In this document: positions 61,044 through 64,000 of the stretch, one piece after another
Position numbering within the stretch: the first letter of the stretch is position 1
How the letters are laid out: every line of letters begins with the position of its first letter
Source of the DNA: an uncultured Acidobacteriota bacterium
GTDB taxonomy: Bacteria > Acidobacteriota > Blastocatellia > RBC074
Direction of reading: 5' to 3'
Assembly (NCBI GenBank): GCA_963796275.1
Contig: CAWCKY010000004.1
Coordinates: 288,001 to 352,000 of the forward strand
DNA length: 64,000 nucleotides
The notes under the pieces: generated by a model
What the model was told of the DNA's origin: nothing
Database searches by the model: none
What the model saw: only the letters and a program-made list of their open reading frames with translations
Program-made: the position numbers and the translations under genes

Positions 61044-63533
61044 TCATCTTCGCTGACCGATATTATCCGTCCCGATGCTCCCGATACCTTTGAGCGTAAA
61101 GGCAAAGATGACTCGGCTCTCGTTCCGGACGCCCGCGTTAAAAGTAATTCGCTGGACATTGAAGCTGCAGCAATCCCATGCCCATCCTCCAGAGGCTGTT
61201 AAATTGATGAAGGTGCGGTCGCGCCGATCGCCATTGAACTTACGGTCGCGCAGATCGTAGGCCAGGCCCACTCCTCCGAACGGCCCGCGCGTCACATTTC
61301 CGATTAAGGCATTGAAGTCCACCTGGTTGCCGGGAAAAGACGAGGGGTCATAGTACACATTATTGGGCTGGACGACATTATCCATCTCATCCAGGTCTAA
61401 TTGCCGTGAGAAATACCAGGATTGACTGAATTGAAAAATTCCGCGGCCGAACCCCGTTCCGACGATGAAATCCCGCAATGTGTTGAAGTGCGTGTCGTAG
61501 TTCATCCTGAAATCCGCCCAGAGCATATCCGTCGGGCGCACCCGCGCGCGCACATTGAGCGGAGAGGTGTTTCTGATAAAGCCGCCGTAGGAGAAACCCG
61601 AGAGCGTGTTTATCGGAAAGAACTGGTTGCGGACTCCGTCCTGCATCGCTCCGCCGAATGTCGGATCGAAGAAATATTTCTGCGCCAGCGTGAGATTGAA
61701 CAGCTCGTGCGGCTGCGGGCTCGACCCGTTCTCGCCTGCGCGGCGAATCAGAAAACTGTTGCTCACCCCGTACGTGATCTCATTCGTCCCCGCAACTACA
61801 TCGCGCTCGTCGATGCGCAGGGTTCGATCGAATTCGTCAATTCCCGAGATCAAACGATATTCGACGAAGGGCTCGATCACGTGCTTGAACCACGGTACGC
61901 CGTTTCGATGGAAGATTTTCGAAAAGGAAGGCATGCGCAGATCGAGATTTACCTCGCCGTACTTCCGGAACAGATTCTGTCCCGTTACCTGTTTTTGGAC
62001 CGGGTCGAGGCTGTCGCTGTAGAAAGTCGAACGCATCCCGATGCTCGGCGTCAGCGTAAAACCCGCGAATGAAGGCAGCGGGATGGTCAGGCGCGGGAAA
62101 AAGTCCAATCGCTGTACGAATGACGGTGTTTTGAAAATCGCCGTGCTACCTGACGATTCACTCCGGCGGATTCCTTCGACCGCAGATTCGAACGAGAAAT
62201 AGAAGGGCAGAGATTCCGTCACTTTCGTGCTGCGCTGTGAGAATTCGACGCTGGGCAGTTGGCGGACTTTGACTATTTCATCTCTTCCGGTGCGGCAATT
62301 GTTGCCGGTGTTCGGAACGCAGCCTGGATCGATGTAATTTTGGTCGAAGATGAAAGAACTCTGTTCACCGAAAAAAGAATTGAAGCTGAAAGAACGCCAA
62401 TTCTTGTTGAGATAAAAGATCGTCCGCTCTTCCGGCGAGATCGCCGTCAGGACGTTTTCCGAGAATATCTGACGGAAATCGAAGCTCGATGTTATGTTGA
62501 CATCTGCGACCGCGATAAAACCGTTTTTGAAATGCTGGACGGCATCGGCGTAAAAACTGGTCCCACCCTGGTTAGGCCCGGGCCCACCCCATAAACGATC
62601 GATCACTGAGAATGAACCCATCGATATGCTCGAGTTTTCATCAGGCCGCGCACGGAAATCGAAGCCCAACCCGAGACCGCGATTGGTGAAAACGTCCGTT
62701 CGAACCAACATATCCGCACTGCGCCCCAGGGTCTGGTAATAACCGAGATGTAACGTGCGCCCATTGTTACTCGATGAGCCCCAGCTCGGCAGCAGGAATC
62801 CTGATGAACGGTCCTTTTTACTGGTCGGAACCGAAGCGTACGGCAGATAAAAGATCGGAATGTTTTTGATACGAAAGAGAGCGTTGTAGAGCTTCGCCTG
62901 ATGATCGACCCGGATGCGCGCGCGCTTGGCCGTGAAGGTCCATTTCGGCACCTCCTCCTGACACGCGGTCAGCGTCACATCTTCGAAGTTGTAAGTATCA
63001 TCTCCCGTCTTATCGGTCCGCTTAAAATCGATGATTAACACCGAGCCGTCGGGCGTGCGATTAGTGAAGGCGGTCGAATCGTGTATGGTACCGCGTTTCG
63101 TCTTTGTATTGAGTTCGACTCGATCAGCGGCGATGCGTTGCCCCTGCTGTTCGAAGAAAACATTCCCCACGGCAATCAGGTCGTTTGTCACCTGGTGTAA
63201 CGTGACGCGGTCGGCAATTATCAGTATATCGCCGAACGTCACCTGAACATTACCGGTGAGAATCAAGACATCGCCTTCTTTTCCCTGATTATTGGAGAGA
63301 AACTCCACGACTTCGGGTTGTCCGGGCTCGACTTCTGCGACGATGGCTATTTTCTGCGAGCTTTTTGTAGATTTTTGTGGATTGATCCGGCGGAGCGACC
63401 GCTTCTCTTCCGCAGCTGCGCCGATCGGGTTTTCGACTTTTTTCTCGATGTCCTCCGGCTGCTGCGCTGCGGCCGGAACGATAAATATCAGGGCAAATAA
63501 AATACAATATAAGAGACGAATAATTTGTAACAT
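61044..63533 (-). CDS. lptD: LPS-assembly protein LptD
   Basis: OstA-like N-domain, T.C....P.W...A, PIFYLPY, R.SGFL.P, C-terminal CC.....F.LKGIG. Confidence 0.88.
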   Translation of the reverse strand: MLQIIRLLYCILFALIFIVPAAAQQPEDIEKKVENPIGAAAEEKRSLRRINPQKSTKSSQKIAIVAEVEPGQPEVVEFLSNNQGKEGDVLILTGNVQVTFGDILIIADRVTLHQVTNDLIAVGNVFFEQQGQRIAADRVELNTKTKRGTIHDSTAFTNRTPDGSVLIIDFKRTDKTGDDTYNFEDVTLTACQEEVPKWTFTAKRARIRVDHQAKLYNALFRIKNIPIFYLPYASVPTSKKDRSSGFLLPSWGSSSNNGRTLHLGYYQTLGRSADMLVRTDVFTNRGLGLGFDFRARPDENSSISMGSFSVIDRLWGGPGPNQGGTSFYADAVQHFKNGFIAVADVNITSSFDFRQIFSENVLTAISPEERTIFYLNKNWRSFSFNSFFGEQSSFIFDQNYIDPGCVPNTGNNCRTGRDEIVKVRQLPSVEFSQRSTKVTESLPFYFSFESAVEGIRRSESSGSTAIFKTPSFVQRLDFFPRLTIPLPSFAGFTLTPSIGMRSTFYSDSLDPVQKQVTGQNLFRKYGEVNLDLRMPSFSKIFHRNGVPWFKHVIEPFVEYRLISGIDEFDRTLRIDERDVVAGTNEITYGVSNSFLIRRAGENGSSPQPHELFNLTLAQKYFFDPTFGGAMQDGVRNQFFPINTLSGFSYGGFIRNTSPLNVRARVRPTDMLWADFRMNYDTHFNTLRDFIVGTGFGRGIFQFSQSWYFSRQLDLDEMDNVVQPNNVYYDPSSFPGNQVDFNALIGNVTRGPFGGVGLAYDLRDRKFNGDRRDRTFINLTASGGWAWDCCSFNVQRITFNAGVRNESRVIFAFTLKGIGSIGTDNIGQRR

Positions 63534-63551
63534 GAAAAATCGTTGGTGAGT

Positions 63552-64000
63552 TTAATGTCGAGCGCCTACGGTCGCCGCAATGATCCGGTCGTTGAGTTCT
63601 TCCGGCATCTCGACCGCTTCCTTCTCCTCGAGTGATTTGCGAACTCCTTCGACCAGGCGGCGGCAGCTTTCACACGCCGCGAAATGTTCGGTAAAAATAC
63701 TTTCGTACGAGCTTTCGATCAACCCCTCGAAATAATCTGATATCAGAGCATCGAGCGTCCGGCAACTGAGCATCTCTCCCGCCGTCGTCGCATTTATGAT
63801 CCGCTGATTTACCTCGGTGAAGAGCTCTGTCTCGCGCATCTGAGATTCGCGCAAATGATGGCAGATATCGATGACTTCACGCACATCGTTGAAGAGCAGG
63901 TGACAAGGCCGGCAAGCGAGCAGGTGTTCGCAGAAATTCCGCCGCACGGGGCGCGCCAGACCGCAGTCGAGATAATCGCCGATCAATTCTTCGAATTGCG
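63552..64000 (-). CDS. Anti-sigma factor-like protein with tandem zf-HC2 motifs; 5' end outside the window
   Basis: HLLACRPC and HFAACESC. The frame is open to the window edge. Confidence 0.8.
   Translation of the reverse strand, partial: QFEELIGDYLDCGLARPVRRNFCEHLLACRPCHLLFNDVREVIDICHHLRESQMRETELFTEVNQRIINATTAGEMLSCRTLDALISDYFEGLIESSYESIFTEHFAACESCRRLVEGVRKSLEEKEAVEMPEELNDRIIAATVGARH

Overview
A 64-kb bacterial chromosomal segment. Gene content (Oar-like TonB-dependent transporters with N-terminal carboxypeptidase-regulatory-like domains, a DUF1501/DUF1553 pair, heptamer-repeat palindromes) suggests Acidobacteriota; this is an inference. Housekeeping genes (alaS, lptD, a CarD-family gene, an FtsL/DivIC-like gene) flank a large accessory region. 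Its core is a tandem triplication on the minus strand (about 16.9-38.9 kb) of an ~8.3-kb unit: sigma70 promoter, ~780-nt non-coding leader, TonB, TBDT-A, REP plus terminator, TBDT-B. The third TBDT-B survives only as a ~390-bp frameshifted relic. The three leaders are strongly conserved, lack a conserved ORF, and show helices with compensatory and wobble-preserving changes on the transcribed strand. They are the best candidate for an undescribed large structured RNA. Within each unit the A and B transporter bodies look homogenised, while their N-termini stay position-specific. A second candidate regulatory system is a signal-peptide uORF ending in RAPP, followed by a ~620-nt hairpin-rich spacer and a beta-carbonic anhydrase / STAS-less SulP operon. 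Also noted: tandem TerB-like proteins with an IF1-like N-terminal motif, a palindromic repeat that appears to encode a signal peptide, a MITE inside a REP, duplicated O-methyltransferases and a frameshifted TBDT. All alignments and folds were done by eye; no database search was run.
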